Assembly: GCA_030390025.1 (NCBI GenBank) | Contig: CM059433.1 | Coordinates: forward strand, 6,822,001 to 6,886,000 | Length of the DNA stretch: 64,000 nucleotides | Origin: Squalus acanthias | Taxonomy: Eukaryota | Direction: 5' to 3' | Translations under genes and position numbers: made by a program | Shown: positions 62,646-64,000 of the stretch, one piece after another | How the letters are laid out: the number at the start of each line of letters is the position of its first letter | How positions within the stretch are numbered: position 1 is the first letter of the stretch | The notes under the pieces: generated by a model | Told to the model about the DNA's origin: nothing | Databases searched by the model: none | What the model saw: only the letters and a program-made list of their open reading frames with translations

Positions 62646-64000
62646 CTGTTAAATGATACAAAACAAAACTTTTAAAATCAGAGCTCTGCACCTTCTGCAA
62701 TACTTTACTATATACTGTACATCAAGTGACTTACCATTCATGTTTGTCATCAAGCACAAACAGCAGTTTCAGGGCCACCACAATTACTGCCACAGCCTGA
62801 ACTTCATACTTGACTGTCTTTGCTCCTCTAGATAATGGGTGAAAGGTCAGAAAGTCCATCTCTCCGATGCCCATTTTCTTCACCAATCTTTGTGTCCAAA
62901 TATGCATGCTCTCTGGTTTTAGATTACCCCAAAAAATTAAAAAACAAAATGCAATTTACTCAGTGGGATCTGCCATCTCAAAGATTATTTAAACTCATAA
63001 GTAATTCTTAAAGCGAAAATAAAATGAAATATAGATAGAGAGAGATAGAAAGCGATGTTGCCGGGGGGGGGGGAGAGGAGAGGAGGGATTGCCCATCTTC
63101 TTGTGCTTTTTCCCAGTAAAACCAGTTTGAGTACCACTGCAATCACACCTCTCACCTGGATCACCAATTCAAGTTTAAATGAATTTTTTATATTTATTTA
63201 TAAACCAGATGGCAGGATTTGTTTTCATCTTCAGGCTATACAGTACCAGTTTGCACTGACCCTGTGATAGCCAGCCTTTTAGTATTAATGACTATAAACA
63301 GTACTGACTGTAATGACTGTAAACTGGTGCCAACTAGTCTTTACAACTGTAACTGAAGGCAAAATAAAGAGTCTGCTGGAGTTCACAGGAAAGTTGAGGT
63401 AATATTGTATTGCTGACTATTCTGGAGGCAACATCTTTAATCATCCAAAGCTGTAAAAGACTTTAACAAGTTTCTCCCCTTGCATAATGAATGCTTTGTG
63501 TACGGTTTATCATGTATGCTGCAATGCAATAACATATACTTTTGTAAGAGACTAAATAGATGGAGAAGTATTGTTTGTGTCTGTTTCTTACAACACCTAA
63601 TGGGAAGTAAACAACATTTAGGGTATGTTGGTATAACTATTAACCTATTTACATGCCTGAAATTACACCTATTTATATTTATGCACAGTATCAGATAACA
63701 GTATTATTGGATAGCATTTTCTAAGAGACTGGGCTTCACATCATTTGTAAAGTAATAAATGTATGTAGAGAAGTTAATATAGGGCCAAGTACGATGTTTG
63801 AAAGTACTTCACAACCCCATTTACCTTCTCAATGTACAAGAGCTGATTATTTTACACAGAAGGTAATCCCGCCAACCTAACCAAGGTTAAAAAAAATAAC
63901 TATTACCACCTCTCCCCTGCCACCGTGAGACCTGCATCTTAAGGATCCATACTCAGCAGAGAGACAAAGAGCTAACTTTGACTATTAGCTCAGTCAGTAA

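Noticed and set aside
62985..63167. VIAVVLKLVLL resembles the expected upstream TAF1B motif (IVVVLKLLF.LDD..EW)
   Set aside because: No LDD motif and no GT donor at the required phase after Trp; the real exon is probably beyond 64000

Overview
Vertebrate genomic DNA, very likely from a shark or other cartilaginous fish (inferred from the repeat families and genes). Two host genes lie on the minus strand in the same order and orientation as in human. The last five coding exons of TAF1B (62645->46061) splice in frame at canonical GT-AG sites. About 27 kb further down, the 20-nt first coding exon (MTQEHD-) and CpG-rich promoter of GRHL1 lie at ~18.9 kb; its intron 1 appears to run off the start of the window. 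Most of the rest is transposon-derived: many CR1-clade LINEs (four near full length, one nested in another), an interrupted L2 LINE, about nine copies of a tRNA-headed DeuSINE/SacSINE1-like SINE, MITE-like elements with 3-bp target duplications, and large simple or minisatellite repeats. The most unusual signal is a set of Penelope-like element (PLE) ends carrying minimal hammerhead-ribozyme motifs. Several of them form TSD-flanked palindromes whose fold-back point falls in the ribozyme's stem-loop II, and one is a 21-nt micro-insertion. I see no convincing novel protein-coding system. All family names come from motif recall, not database searches, and repeat boundaries are approximate.
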